Below are positions 22,811-34,500 of a stretch of DNA of 64,000 nucleotides, piece by piece. The stretch spans positions 18,943,068 through 19,007,067 of the forward strand of contig NC_068985.1 in NCBI RefSeq assembly GCF_001194135.2. Direction: 5' to 3'. Position numbers and translations under genes: made by a program. The notes below the pieces were generated by a model, which did no database searches, had not been told where the DNA came from, and saw nothing but the letters and a program-made list of their open reading frames with translations. The stretch's first letter is position 1. Each line of letters begins with the position of its first letter. The DNA is from Octopus bimaculoides (lineage: Eukaryota).

Positions 22811-22959
22811 CACTAACTTAACCTGTACATTGCCTACAGTAGTTAACACTTATTTTTATGGACCCTGTATCCCACCACATTGGATTCAATGCACTGGGTC
22901 TGGTACAAGCACTTATTGTCTACCTTTTATATTATACGTCATTTTGACATTTTCTTCTC

Positions 22960-23215
22960 ATGTGCCGGTGGCATGTAAAATGCACCAACTGAACGTGGTC
23001 GATGCCAGTGCCCCTGACTGGTTCCCGTGCCAGTGGCACATAAAAAGCACTATTCATGTGTGGTTGATACCAGTGCCCCCTGACAGGGCAGGGCTTCTCA
23101 AGCATAGCATATCACCTAACACTTAAAGGGTGCTTTTTATGTGCCAGTTACGCGACACTGGCATCGGCCTATGACTATTATCTCACTCAGTATGACGGGT
23201 CTTTTTTCCCAACAG
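22960..23215. mobile_element. RTE UTR fragment that switches strand internally
   Basis: 22960-23085 holds 66-bp-type units on the plus strand; 23090-23215 is the reverse complement of the CTTGAGAAG / AAAAAGCACC module. Confidence 0.7.
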
Positions 23216-23244
23216 TCTTAATCTGTTGTGCATATATGAAATAA

Positions 23245-23640
23245 TAATAATCCTTTCTACTATAGGCACAAGGCCTGAAATTTTGTTGATTACATCAACC
23301 CTAGTACTCAACTGGTACTTATTTTATTGACCCTGAAAGGATGAAAGCAAAGTCGACCTCAGTGGAATTTGAACTCATAATGTAGCAATGGGTGAAATAC
23401 CACTAATGATTCTGCCAACTTGCTGCCTTATATGAGATAATAATAATAAAAACTAATTGTTTGTAATATAGGCACAAGACCTGATTTTCTTTCGGTGACG
23501 GGGGTTAGTCGATATCATTGATCCTAGTAATGCCCCTGAATGGGTAAAAAGCAAAACTAACCTTGTCGAATTTGAACTTAGAACATAAAGAGGCAAAAGA
23601 AAACCACAAAATACTTTGTCTGATGCTCTAACAAGTCTAT
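23245..23640 (-). mobile_element. Two tandem family C SINEs
   Basis: First copy flanked by TATGAAATAATAATAA / TATGAGATAATAATAA; a second, more diverged copy follows. Confidence 0.8.
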
Positions 23641-23899
23641 AAAATTAATAATAAGTGCCATTTATATTAATATGAAATAAACAGGAGCTACTAATGAAAG
23701 AGATCTGATTGACCCAGTTATACATGTACAATAAAAGACTTTGGTACTTACCAATATAAACTATTGTACAAGTAATAGATATATGTAATGATACATATGT
23801 ATTTTAAATAGACAATATGTCTCTACTAGACTGTAACTGTGTTAATTTCAATACAAAGACTCTAGCCATGTAGGTACTGTAAAGCAATAATATTATATT

Positions 23900-24285
23900 C
23901 CATCTTTTATCTTTATTTGTGTCAGTCATTGGACGTAGCCTTGTTGGGGCATTGCATTGAAGGACCTTTTTGTCGAATAAATTGACCCTTGTACTTACTT
24001 TTTAGAGTCTTGATCTTATTTTATTGTTTATTTTTGCTGAACTGCTAAGTTACAGAGATATAAACAGACCAACACCTGGTGATATCACTAGTACCAATGG
24101 CACGGAGAAAAGCACTCAGTAAACTCTGTAAAGTGGTTGGCATTAGGAAGAGCATCCAACCATTAAAACCATGCCAATGTTGACACTGGAGCTTGATGTA
24201 GCCTTACAATTCTCCAGATTCTGTAAAACTGTCCAACCCATACCAGCATGGAAAATGGATGTTAAATGATGATGATGTTGATGCA
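23900..24285. mobile_element. SINE A-type tail (minus, 23900-24080) next to an RTE-type tail (plus, 24090-24285)
   Basis: CAGTCATTGGAC...CTAAGTTACAGAG, then GGCATTAGGAAGAGCATCC...GATGATGATG. Confidence 0.65.
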
Positions 24286-24659
24286 TATTCCTGAATTGAA
24301 CCATATTCTGAAGAGTCTGTAGAAATAAATTCTGTCATATAATAAGGCTTATTGTTACCAACAGCAGTACCAGATCAGAAAGTGCTAACTTTATCGAACT
24401 TGGCAGCAATAATTATTATCATACACACAGTTCAAAATAAAAAGCTTCGAGCTACACTCTGATACTTATAGTTTGAGAAATCTTTCAAAGTCAAAAGTTA
24501 ATTTAATACCTATAGAGTTGCTACAAAGATCAGAGTATACAAGAGTTTTAAGTCAAGCTATTAGATGAAGCCAACCAAAAGCCTCTGCTGATCATATAAC
24601 TTCATATTAATGTCAACAGTGAATACTATACTCCTAAATATATATAAGAAATTTTTATA

Positions 24660-25410
24660 GGTGCAGGAGTGGCTGTGTGGTAAGTAGCTTGCTTACCAAC
24701 CACATGGTTCTGGATTCAGTCCCACTGCATGGCACCTTGGGCAAGTGTCTTCTACTATAGCCTCGGGCCGACCAAAGCCTTGTGAGTGGATTTGGTAGAT
24801 GGAAACTGAAAGAAGCCCGTTGTATATATGTATGTATGTATATATATATNNNNNNNNNNNNNNNNNNNNNNNNNNNNNNNNNNNNNNNNNNNNNNNNNNN
24901 NNNNNNNNNNNNNNNNNNNNNNNNNNNNNNNNNNNNNNNNNNNNNNNNNNNNNNNNNNNNNNNNNNNNNNNNNNNNNNNNNNNNNNNNNNNNNNNNNNNN
25001 NNNNNNNNNNNNNNNNNNNNNNNNNNNNNNNNNNNNNNNNNNNNNNNNNNNNNNNNNNNNNNNNNNNNNNNNNNNNNNNNNNNNNNNNNNNNNNNNNNNN
25101 NNNNNNNNNNNNNNNNNNNNNNNNNNNTATATATATATATATATATGCTAGCATGGAAAGCGGACGTTAAACAACGATGATGATGATGATGATGTGTGTA
25201 CTTGTGTGTCTGTGTGTTTGTCCCTCCACCATCGCTTGACAACCGATGCTGGTGTGTTTACGTCCCCATAACTTAGCATTTCAGCAAAAAGACACCGATA
25301 GAATAAGTACTAGGCTTACAAAAAATAAGTCCTGGGGTCGATTTTCTTGACTAAAGGTGGTGCTCCAGCATGGCTGCAGTCAAATGACTGAAACAAGTAA
25401 AGAGAGTAAT
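24660..25410 (+). mobile_element. SINE family A with an RTE tail fragment (25147-25195) and an assembly gap (24850-25127) in its central microsatellite
   Basis: Head 24660-24830 and tail 25200-25410 match 2370-2775; GCTAGCATGGAAAGCGGACGTTAAACAACGATGATG lies between them. Confidence 0.85.
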
Positions 25411-25679
25411 GAGAGTATGCTGTGGAAAAGATGGAGAAAACGAAAAAGTCAATGATGGCCATCAATACTATGAAATTTTTCATTATATACTGTTCTCCTC
25501 TCATGGTATTGAGTAAATTTTTTTTGGTCTTAGTGATCTGAGTTATCTTTAGTCTTATTTTGTGTAGGGAGATTCATTATGTCAATATTAACACAAGCAC
25601 TGGTTTGATTCCACTTCTTTATTATTAGTCAACTGGCTAAATATCCAACTAACTAATCAATTGTTTGTCCAAGACCTTG

Positions 25680-26240
25680 TTGTGCGCATGTGTGTGTGCT
25701 TGCATATGTATGTATGCATGTATGTATTCTTTTGTGTGTGTATTCCTGTGTCTGTGTATGTTTGCTTGTGTATTTGTGTATGTATGCAGGTGTGTGTGTG
25801 TACTTCTGCTTCTATGTGTGCTTGTGTGTGTCTGTACATGTAAGTTTGTGTGTGTGTGTATGTGCGCCTGTTGTGTATGCATGCCTACATATGTCTGTGT
25901 GCCTGTGCATGTGTATGCATGCCTACATATGCATGTGTGTATGTGCTTATATGTGGTGTGTGTATGTATGGTGTGTATGTGCATGTATGTGTCTGTGTAT
26001 GTTTATGCCTGTCTGTACTACCTATTTACCTACTTATCTACCTACCTACCTGCCTCCCTACCTACTTTCCTACCTACCTGTTTATTTGCCTATCTCCCCA
26101 CCTATCTACCTACCTACCTACATAATTAACTAAGTAACTAACAATCTATATAATTAACCTAACCACCAAAAATCTTACATACTTACCTACCTATTTACCT
26201 ACTTGATTGCCTACTTATGAATGTACCTATGTATGTACGC
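25680..26240. repeat. Low-complexity TG-rich tract followed by degenerate (CCTA)n
   Basis: Read directly from the sequence; it explains the C/V/M/Y-rich ORFs at 25649-26133. Confidence 0.9.
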
Positions 26241-28028
26241 TGTGTGGGTGGTATCCATGGCAATGAGGTGCATTGGATAACTCAGAGTTTATCAAGAATC
26301 TAGTGATGTTAATTTCTTGTGACACACACAAATATAACAGAACAAATGGAAAAAGCATGAAAAAATATTCAGTAGACAAACCAGACCCAATGTTTTAAAT
26401 ATTGGTTTCTAATTTTGGACTAATGTTTTAAATATTGATATATATTTCATTGAATATGAATTTACATGATGTAAGCAAATGCTTTAAAAATTATTTAGAA
26501 AATTGAATTTATTTTTCATCATTTGAAATTATCTCATTTCTTAATATCAACAAGAAGTATTTATTTCTTAATGTCACTTGAATATCCTGGTGACTGGCAG
26601 TCTAATAATAATAACCTGGTGGCTGGCAGTCTAAGTTGACCAGGCAAGGAATTATCTTGTGATGAATTGACCAATGAGGAACTGACCAGATGTCCTGTTA
26701 ATATGCCAGTGATCCCATTGATTGGCTGTCAAGTAGAAAGAATTAAGTTTTTCAATACATCTCACTTATTTTTGTAAAGCAAAGCCTCTTCTTAGAAAAT
26801 GCTGATATTTTATGTTTCCTGTTGCTAGTTAGCATTTCAGTTCTTTTCAGGCTGGACTGCAGACTTTTGGAGCTCATGACCGTTCTTCTATGGTTAGAGC
26901 TTTATTTATTTAAAAAAAGTTTTTGTGTGGTCTTTGTCTAAAAGGAGAAGCTGTGCTCATTCCCTTTGCAGGGCCTCCAAGATTGGAGAAATCCACACAG
27001 CATTTTTCATGAATAACTGCAAGTTGAAAGCTATAGGAAATACAAGTTTACAGCTGTAGGAAATACAAAAGATAACACGAGGCCTTCTCTAGAATGGAAA
27101 ATACCAAGTAGTGTTATTTTGTACTGAGGACATTTCTTGAAGCATTTGTGATTCCAAACTAAACCTATTATCTATTCACTCTACCAAAACTTTCAACTAC
27201 TTTAATATTTTATCCATTAGTGTAAGACCTCTGTAACTGCTCTTTAGTTGCCTTTGTAACAATTTGAGACAACATTGTTATACCAGTCAAGTAACTAACA
27301 CAGTCCCTACATAATCTTTTTGTTTTTAACATGAATTTACAGCTTCCTCTATATTTATCTCATTGATTATCTTAATAAGCAAGAGGAAGTAACCCTCAAT
27401 AGCTGTCCTATTATTTTTACTGTCATTCATATCACACATTCGAAACTCATTTTATAATAACTTTTTCGTGATTCTTTCTTTTTATTATGAACAAGAACAT
27501 GTGCAACAGTATGTACTGGAGCACATTTCTTCCCAGTGCAAACTGGGTTTATAAAATCTTTGCGCCTTGCAATCAGGATTATTTTCTTGCTTCTCATTCT
27601 CAAAATAAACTTCCAATTCTATCTCAGCTTCTTTCTTGACTGAATAAACCTAACGTATTGCTCCCCGTTTAGGTTTCTCATCACATCAGAAATCACAGAA
27701 CAATCTATAAATCTGATACAGAAAGATAAGTTGAATTTTTTCATTAGTAATGTTTGATTTCCAAATGTTTGATGTAATACATATTTAATTAAAAGCTTGC
27801 TCAGTGTTGGATAAGTAAAGCCAAATAATACTTAAATATATTCATCGTAAACGTTAATTTATTAACTTCAAAATTTTGTACTTAATCAGATTTTTAGTTC
27901 TCTAAGAGTACAATTTCAATAACCAATATCGGAGAAAACGTGTTCCGAATTAAAATTCATCGAGATCAATTCAGCCTTACATCCTCTCTGGGTTGATAAA
28001 ATAAAGAACTGGTATCGATTCCTTTTAG

Positions 28029-28184
28029 GTACCCGAGGTGTGAATGGAATTATAATAGAACATTTCTTGGAGAATACTTCTCTAAAACCTAGAAAACTAG
28101 AGTTATCTGTTCATGGCGTAGTACTAACTTGGCGAACTCACATCGGGAAAAGTAGTTCTACAAAATATTACCGACAACTCTCAG
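28029..28184 (+). CDS. Candidate exon, 156 nt, phase 1-1 (GTRGVNGIIIEHFLENTSLKPRKLELSVHGVVLTWRTHIGKSSSTKYYRQLSG)
   Basis: ccttttag acceptor and CAG|gtatat donor inside a stop-free frame 27923-28273; no homology recognised. Confidence 0.22.
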
Positions 28185-28654
28185 GTATATTAGCAATTAC
28201 TTTGACCAGCAGTTTACAAGTGGTGAAATTATTTTATCAATGGAAAGACTTGTTACTTCTGGAATTAAATTAAAGACGCAGTTCGAATGTTTTCCGATTC
28301 CAGAAACACATTAGTCATAAAAGCTGACATCATGGCGGAAGAAACTGCTTGAAACACTCCAAATCTACCGCATCTTGTTTTAAAATTGAAGTTGTCATTT
28401 CCTTGACTTCTAATATATTCTCCCGGATTAACTTATATATGCTATTTATCACAATATCTGCAATGAAAGGCTGACTTTATATGTCGGAAAATTTTACTGA
28501 AATTCATGTCAGTCGGTGCCCTAAAAGCACAAGATTAGCTGGAAGCTTGTTATCACAAGCGAGTTTTTAAATTTCCCTATCTCCATATGGCAAATTGGTT
28601 AAATTGAAACTTAAAGATTACTGTATTTGTTACATGTATCCTACTGTTGGACAG

Positions 28655-28777
28655 AACTCACGAGAAAGTGGTTGAGTTATCTTCAATGAATGCCTACTTC
28701 AACAAAATATGTAGTCTCTCTGTGGCGAAGGATTTGGAGTTCAAAATCTCGACCTTGGATTTCAGCTCTTTGTTGAG
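28655..28777 (+). CDS. Candidate exon, 123 nt, phase 2-2, with GC donor (THEKVVELSSMNAYFNKICSLSVAKDLEFKISTLDFSSLL)
   Basis: ggacag acceptor and GAG|gcaagt donor (GC-AG consensus) within ORF 28647-28940; no homology recognised. Confidence 0.22.
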
Positions 28778-28908
28778 GCAAGTTTTAACATTTTTCTATT
28801 CACAATATAAATTTAATTCAAATACATTAAACTTGTTCTTCTTTAATCATAACTATTCATTCTCATGCGTGCATGAATACATTTCTTTCCTTCTAACACT
28901 AACCTTAC

Positions 28909-29037
28909 GTTCACCAAGTGGTCTGTGGCGACTGCTTTGAAACGAATATCTTCCCTACCACTAAGCTTTATGTGTCCCCGAATACTGTAATCTGGACCCC
29001 TTTTCAATGTCGAGACTTTATTTTCCCAAACTGACAT
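28909..29037 (-). CDS. Candidate first exon (MSVWENKVSTLKRGPDYSIRGHIKLSGREDIRFKAVATDHLVN); could be UTR
   Basis: ATG at 29037 and donor AAC|gtaagg at 28908; no downstream partner exon established. Confidence 0.2.
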
Positions 29038-29190
29038 TACTCCTTTCCTCTTCCTATCATTGTCATTTATAGAAATGTTCGTACATACTTTTTCTACTTA
29101 AAATTTATTTATTCGTAACTGACTAATGTTTAAAGCATGCATGAAAAAGCTATTAAAAACACTATTCAGAATGAAACATTACACACACGC

Positions 29191-29224
<34 letters not shown>

Positions 29225-31427
29225 TATTATTATACTAATGCTATTATTACATTTTTACATGGCGTCAAAAGTTGAATAAATCAAATAATGATTTTCGTAT
29301 GAGGAACGTGAAAAACCTCTTTCTGTGGACTTCCCAAACTGGGATTCGATTGCTAATTATGTCTTATGAGAATATAAATTCACCCGGAAAAAGTTTTTCC
29401 CTTCTATTTATTTCAGTTGTTGTTAGTGGTGTTGTCAATATTTGTTTGTTTGTTTGTAGTGTCTAATTTCCATTGTACCTACCAATATCACTTTCGGTAT
29501 CATCCTTGTCACCTTAATTTATATCTTCTTTGATATTCGATATCTTTATTTCAATCTCCAGATTCAGTGATTTACTTTTAAATAAAGTAGTACACACGTG
29601 TATGCGGCATCATACACACATACTTACATTTTATACACATACACACATTGACAGATGTAGGTAGATGTATGGTGTGTGTATATTACGTTTACTTGTGAAT
29701 ATCTGTCACCCTGCTATTTTCGGGTAGTCTTATTTCCACTGTTGTGTGACATGTACCCCTCGCCTTACTTTTGTAATCTCCTTAAAAACCAAGACGATCA
29801 GACCTCATTGTAGATTAGATAAGCAACTTTTATTGTTCTTCTAATATAATTTGTTGTCAAAAGTTCATATATTTTGTGTACACGTACATTATTATCTCTA
29901 GGTAACTAGTATGACTTTTTTCTTATCTCCTACTATGTGTAGTGAGTGTGTTGTCGATTAGTTACTCCTGTTGTGAAAATGGAACAAAGATTATTTCAAA
30001 GATTCCACTATTCTTCAAAATGTCATCACAACTTCAATCGTTTACTCGTCTTCAGTTAGTGTGATCAACACATTTCACTTGCATGTAGTTTGGAATTTGG
30101 CAAATAATTTATTGATATTTAGTAACAAAGGCCTAAGAGTTGTTGCATTTGTTCACTTACTCCCCTCCGCTCCCTATTGGTTTCCTAAATTTCTAGTGTT
30201 TTGTCCCCCCTTTTAAATTCCTGCTGATAAATGTTAATGTCATTCTCATGAATGTAAAGTTTTTCTTTTTCTTTTTATTGTTTTTTTTCTCTCTCACTAC
30301 CATTTCCTCTAGCAATAACATTTTAGCTTTTGCTTATCTCTATCTAAATGTGAACTCAGCACATCTTGTAGTTGTAATACTACCGAGAGTAAGAACTGTC
30401 GTTTTCTAGGGTGGGGCTTCACGATCGGAAGACTAGAATTAAAAACAGGTTTTTTTTTTTTTCGGTTAGTGTGTTGGCAATCAATTCTGTAGAATGTTTA
30501 AAAGACAATATTTGAAAACTAAAGTCTTGATACTAGTGTGAATTTTTAGAAATTAATAATGAATATAATCGTTGTAAAGCGACTGAGTGGAGACATGGGT
30601 ATTTTGTGGTGGACACTTGATGGAATATTAGCGATTATTAGGCGACAAGAATGGTGACGAGGAAAACTACACCCCCTTATTTTGTTGTCACTCGTTCACG
30701 ACTATGTCTATTGTAGACATTTAGTTACGATTCTACCATTAAAAATATTACGTTGTTGTAATTTTATTGAAAAAGCATGAGGAATAATTTCATGACTATC
30801 CACTTTCTAGAACATGGGACCGAAAAGTGTAATAGTCTCTGGTGCGGAAGTTTAAAAAAAAATGTGATACACCATTTCAAGAGAACGTAGAAGGGTGTCT
30901 TTGGATTTCGGTAGTATCGGAGTTACTTCATTCTTTTCTATCAATTAAAATTCGTTTAAGAAAAAGGCTTTATTATTCAGAAATAAGTTTAGTATCTAAG
31001 GACATCTTATTTAACAGTCCTACTCTCTCTTCAGCCGGTTGCGATAAGAAGTAGAAGACACTGAAGTTCTCACGACTACAATAATATTTGTTCAACACCA
31101 TCAACCATCTTCATAAAAAACTATCATTTTTCTCTGATTGTTTTTTTAATTATAAATCCAGCGCACATTTATGAAGATATATTTACTTTAGAATATCTTC
31201 TAGAGTTTCAATTATATAAAAATAAAGGCAACTTCATAGCTTTCTAGTTAAAGATCCTTTAACAAATTTTAAAAAAAAATGTTTCGAAGGGTGCTATTCC
31301 CTCTTGTAGCTCAACTCAGGGAAGTTAATTCTTGTTCTGATTATCTCTCATTAATATAAATATTTCAAATCGGGTGGGTGTAGGGTAAAAACCACTAGAT
31401 TTACAGGAAGCTAATGGAGGTTTTGAA

Positions 31428-31489
31428 GAAATGCAAGAGTAGCTTATGATCCTGAAATGCAAGAGTAGCTTATGATCCTGAAATGCAAG
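31428..31489. repeat. Perfect 26-bp tandem duplication (about 2.4 units)
   Basis: GAAATGCAAGAGTAGCTTATGATCCT at 31428 and 31454, partial at 31480. Confidence 0.95.
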
Positions 31490-31554
31490 GATCGAATAGT
31501 TAGATTTGCTTTTGTTACGAGTGTTGTCATTTCTTTTAATGAATAATAATAATA

Positions 31555-31740
31555 ACGCGGATGACAATAATGGGCTCAAATTTAGGCACAAGGCCAGTAG
31601 TTTTGAGGGGAGTGGGTTAGTCGATGCCATTGATTCCAGTACTTGACCGGTAGGTTATCGACCTCGAAAGAATGAAAGGTAAAATGATCTAGGTGTAATT
31701 TGAACTGAGAATGTGACAAGCCGGAAGAAACACCTTTAGG
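31555..31740 (-). mobile_element. SINE family C
   Basis: TAGGCACAAGGCC...GTCGATGCC...TTATCGACCTCGAAAGAATGAAAGG...TTTGAACT. Confidence 0.75.
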
Positions 31741-32415
31741 TTTCCAGTTTCTTAATCATTATTCTATCAACAAAGTTTCTACAAATCATTTGATTTAGGG
31801 AAGAATCTTTTGGTCCTTAATTTTTAAAGGTGTACAGAATGTTGGTCTAAGTTGTGGATCTTGAGTAAGCTCTTTAGAGACGTTTTCTTCGAGTAAAACC
31901 ATTTTACGTTTCGCAGTTTCTGTAACCACACAGTTAAAAAGACAATATATTTTATATTTCTTAAAAATAGAAATATAATTTTGTAAGTAGGCCTGTCGTT
32001 GATAAATGAGGACTGTCAGCTTAAAACTTTAACTAGTGAAGCTTTTTTCATAGTTCGATATCATACTAGAATATAAAGATAACGTCTTCAAATGTTTAAA
32101 AAAAAAATACACATCAGATGCGCAAGAAAAAAGACATTCAATTTTATCGTAATGAAGTAGTGTCCGTGCACTATTTAATAGAGATGAAAATGGAATTCAA
32201 CAAGTTTTACTGATTAAACAAATCAAAGGCTTGCTTTTGTGTGATTTGGACTGGTATGAATGTATTAATATTCATACAGCAATGTTCATTTAATACTCAT
32301 TCCAAAAGGATTAAATGAAGGATTGTAGATTTTGTTTGATGACGATCAATGTAGAAGTGATATTAGTTCAGACGCAAACAAGCGTATTTAATGAAATATT
32401 TTGTTTGAGATCTAG

Positions 32416-32468
32416 GTTCAGAAGAGAGAACAGCACCAGTAAGAGAAGGAGCCAAAAGAAAGACATTG
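32416..32468 (+). CDS. Candidate internal exon, 53 nt (GSEERTAPVREGAKRKTL or RFRRENSTSKRRSQKKDI)
   Basis: gagatctag acceptor and TTG|gtaagc donor; purine-rich, exon-like composition; two frames open. Confidence 0.3.
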
Positions 32469-33198
32469 GTAAGCCAAGTCGATGTGATTGTTGGCAAAAA
32501 ATTTTATTTATCAGATTCCTTTCTTCTGGAATTTATTCGAAATGTTGCTGACTGTGGCTTTAGTATTTTTTTTTTTATAGGAGGATGAATTAAAATCTTT
32601 ATATTAAGTAAGCAACTGTTAAGGTACAAAGTAATTTTTTTCTTGAGGCAACATGACTTTATTGAGGAATGGCATAGCTAAGAAATCTTATTAAAGCTGA
32701 TTAATCAGCATCTGTAGCATGACAACTGAAAGTTACAAGAAGTAAGGGTACTATATAAGTTTGTTTGCCCCCATTAATTTGAGTAATGGTTATGTGGTTC
32801 TTGTTGTTTTTGAAAGGAAGTTGTTAGGAAACTGCATAAAGTGATATGGAAAGGATACTGAAGATCTGACTAGGTAGATATGGTGATAAGGTGAAATAAT
32901 TATAGATGATAGGAGGAAGATAATTGCTGGAGAGGAGGTGAAGAGTGGAAGTTATGAAAGTTAATGTAGTGGAGATTGAAGTGGGAACCATAACAACATA
33001 TGAGGAAGCTGTTATGTCAGATGACCAGTTTAACACTCGCCTCTCTGTCTGTCTCTCTATTTACACACACACACACACACTAACAGGCACTCTTTCTCTC
33101 TTGGGTGAAACTCAGAGTAGTAAGAGATTAACTTGACCAAAATTAAAATATAATCTTTGATACGAAGTACTTTTTCTTCTGACAGTCAGCACTAAGCA

Positions 33199-33432
33199 TA
33201 TATATATATATATATATATGTCTCTTAAAAGATAGAGCTCAAAATCAATGCATTGAAGATACTTTATTGCAGCAACAATTATAATAGCAGAAACAACCAC
33301 AATAAGCCAAACCTATGCACATTACAATAGAGTATCCAGGGTTAGGGTTATAATTGTCTCTGCAATAAAGTATCTTCAATGCATCGATTTTGAGCTCTAT
33401 CTTTTAAGAGACATATATATATATATATATAT
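33199..33432. repeat. Near-perfect inverted repeat flanked by (TA)n (foldback/MITE-like)
   Basis: 33220-33272 against 33360-33412: 52 of 53 bases complementary; inner 10-bp extension 33275-33284 / 33348-33357. Confidence 0.92.
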
Positions 33433-33535
33433 ACACAAAAACTCACCTGTGGGGTTTTGCTAAGACTGTTAACAGATACTATATATTTTGTAAAATTTTG
33501 TTTTATAAAAGTATATATTTAATATATATATATAT

Positions 33536-33570
<35 letters not shown>

Positions 33571-34019
33571 AACAAAGAAGTGACACCAGAAAAAATAAGG
33601 GTTATGTAATGAACTTCATTAGCTTATATATATATAGTAGTTGATGGTAGAATTGTTAGTGTTGCAGTATTTGTTTCAGCTCATTACATTCTGTTTAAAT
33701 CTCAGTAAGGCCAATTTTGTCTTTTGTCCTTCCAAGCTCAATAAAAAAAGTATTGGTACCAGTCATGCCAGTCAAGTACTGGCAGTGATTTAATAGAAAA
33801 TATATCTGGAGCTAGAGTCTCTCAGACAGTTCAATGTTGGTCTGCCTTCAGTGACACTAATGCCAAACTGTATTGGCTCTTTACCTTCTCTTTGACAACA
33901 TCATAGGCATGGAACAGGAATACATACTGGTCTTCTATATGATCTTGCTCAGTCTTGCTACCCTGGAAAGATATTCTACTGCTCTGTGAACACAGTATGG
34001 ATATGGAGTTCACTTTGTT

Positions 34020-34500
34020 ACCACATGGTCTTGAGTAATATCTCACTGCATGACATTTTGGGCAAGTGTGTTCTACTGTAGTCTCAGGCCGACTAATACC
34101 TTGTAGTGATTTTGATTGACAGAAGCTGTTTGGAAGCTTGTTGCATGTGTGTGTATGCATGTATTTCATAATTTAATGTCCATCTTTCATACTGACATCA
34201 GTTAGATGGTTTGACAGGATTCGATAAGTTGGAAGACTGCTTCAGGGCTTGAAGTCTACTTTGGTATGTTTCTATAACAGGATGCTCTTTCTAATGCCAA
34301 CCACATTACAGTGTACTGGGAGAAAGACAAAGAAGAAGAGTGGCATTGTTGTAGAAAAGGAGATGGCTTTATGTCAAGCATTAAGAGGCAAGAATATGAT
34401 AGAGGGACAAGCACCGGTGTTATATAGAGGAAATATTTTGTTACTCTGTATTATATAAGGGTAGGTGAAAGTACTGGAAAGATCTATGTATATGCATCTG
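34020..34500 (-). mobile_element. SINE A-type head (34020-34160) plus a family E copy with RTE-type tail (34170-34500)
   Basis: TTGGGCAAGTGTGTTCTACTGTAGTCTCAGGCCG; GGATGCTCTTTCTAATGCCAACC; GGAGATGGCTTTATG...GGGACAAGCACCGGTG. Confidence 0.6.

Larger units (their letters stand above)
27850..32520. promoter_or_regulatory. Large CpG-retaining, TE-poor block; candidate promoter or intergenic region
   Basis: CG dinucleotides clearly denser than in the flanks; YY1-like ATGGCG at about 28332 and 29259, ETS-like GCGGAAG at about 28335 and 30844, CCAAT on the minus strand at about 30176. Confidence 0.4.

Noticed and set aside
25649-26133. Cys/Val/His-rich ORFs resembling metal-binding proteins (also 20366-20584, 20870-21190)
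   Set aside because: They are translations of TG/CA/TATG microsatellites and are open in several frames on both strands.
27977-30170. Several minus-strand GTAAG donors as proof of a multi-exon gene
   Set aside because: This 5-mer is expected about once per kb at this base composition, so the sites were kept only as low-confidence candidates.
33886-33963. Minus-strand 78-nt exon (GSKTEQDHIEDQYVFLFHAYDVVKEK) with a PTP Q-loop-like look
   Set aside because: The similarity is only a few residues, it abuts a SINE head, and it resembles a repeat-derived sequence as far as I recall. Not excluded, but unsupported without a search.
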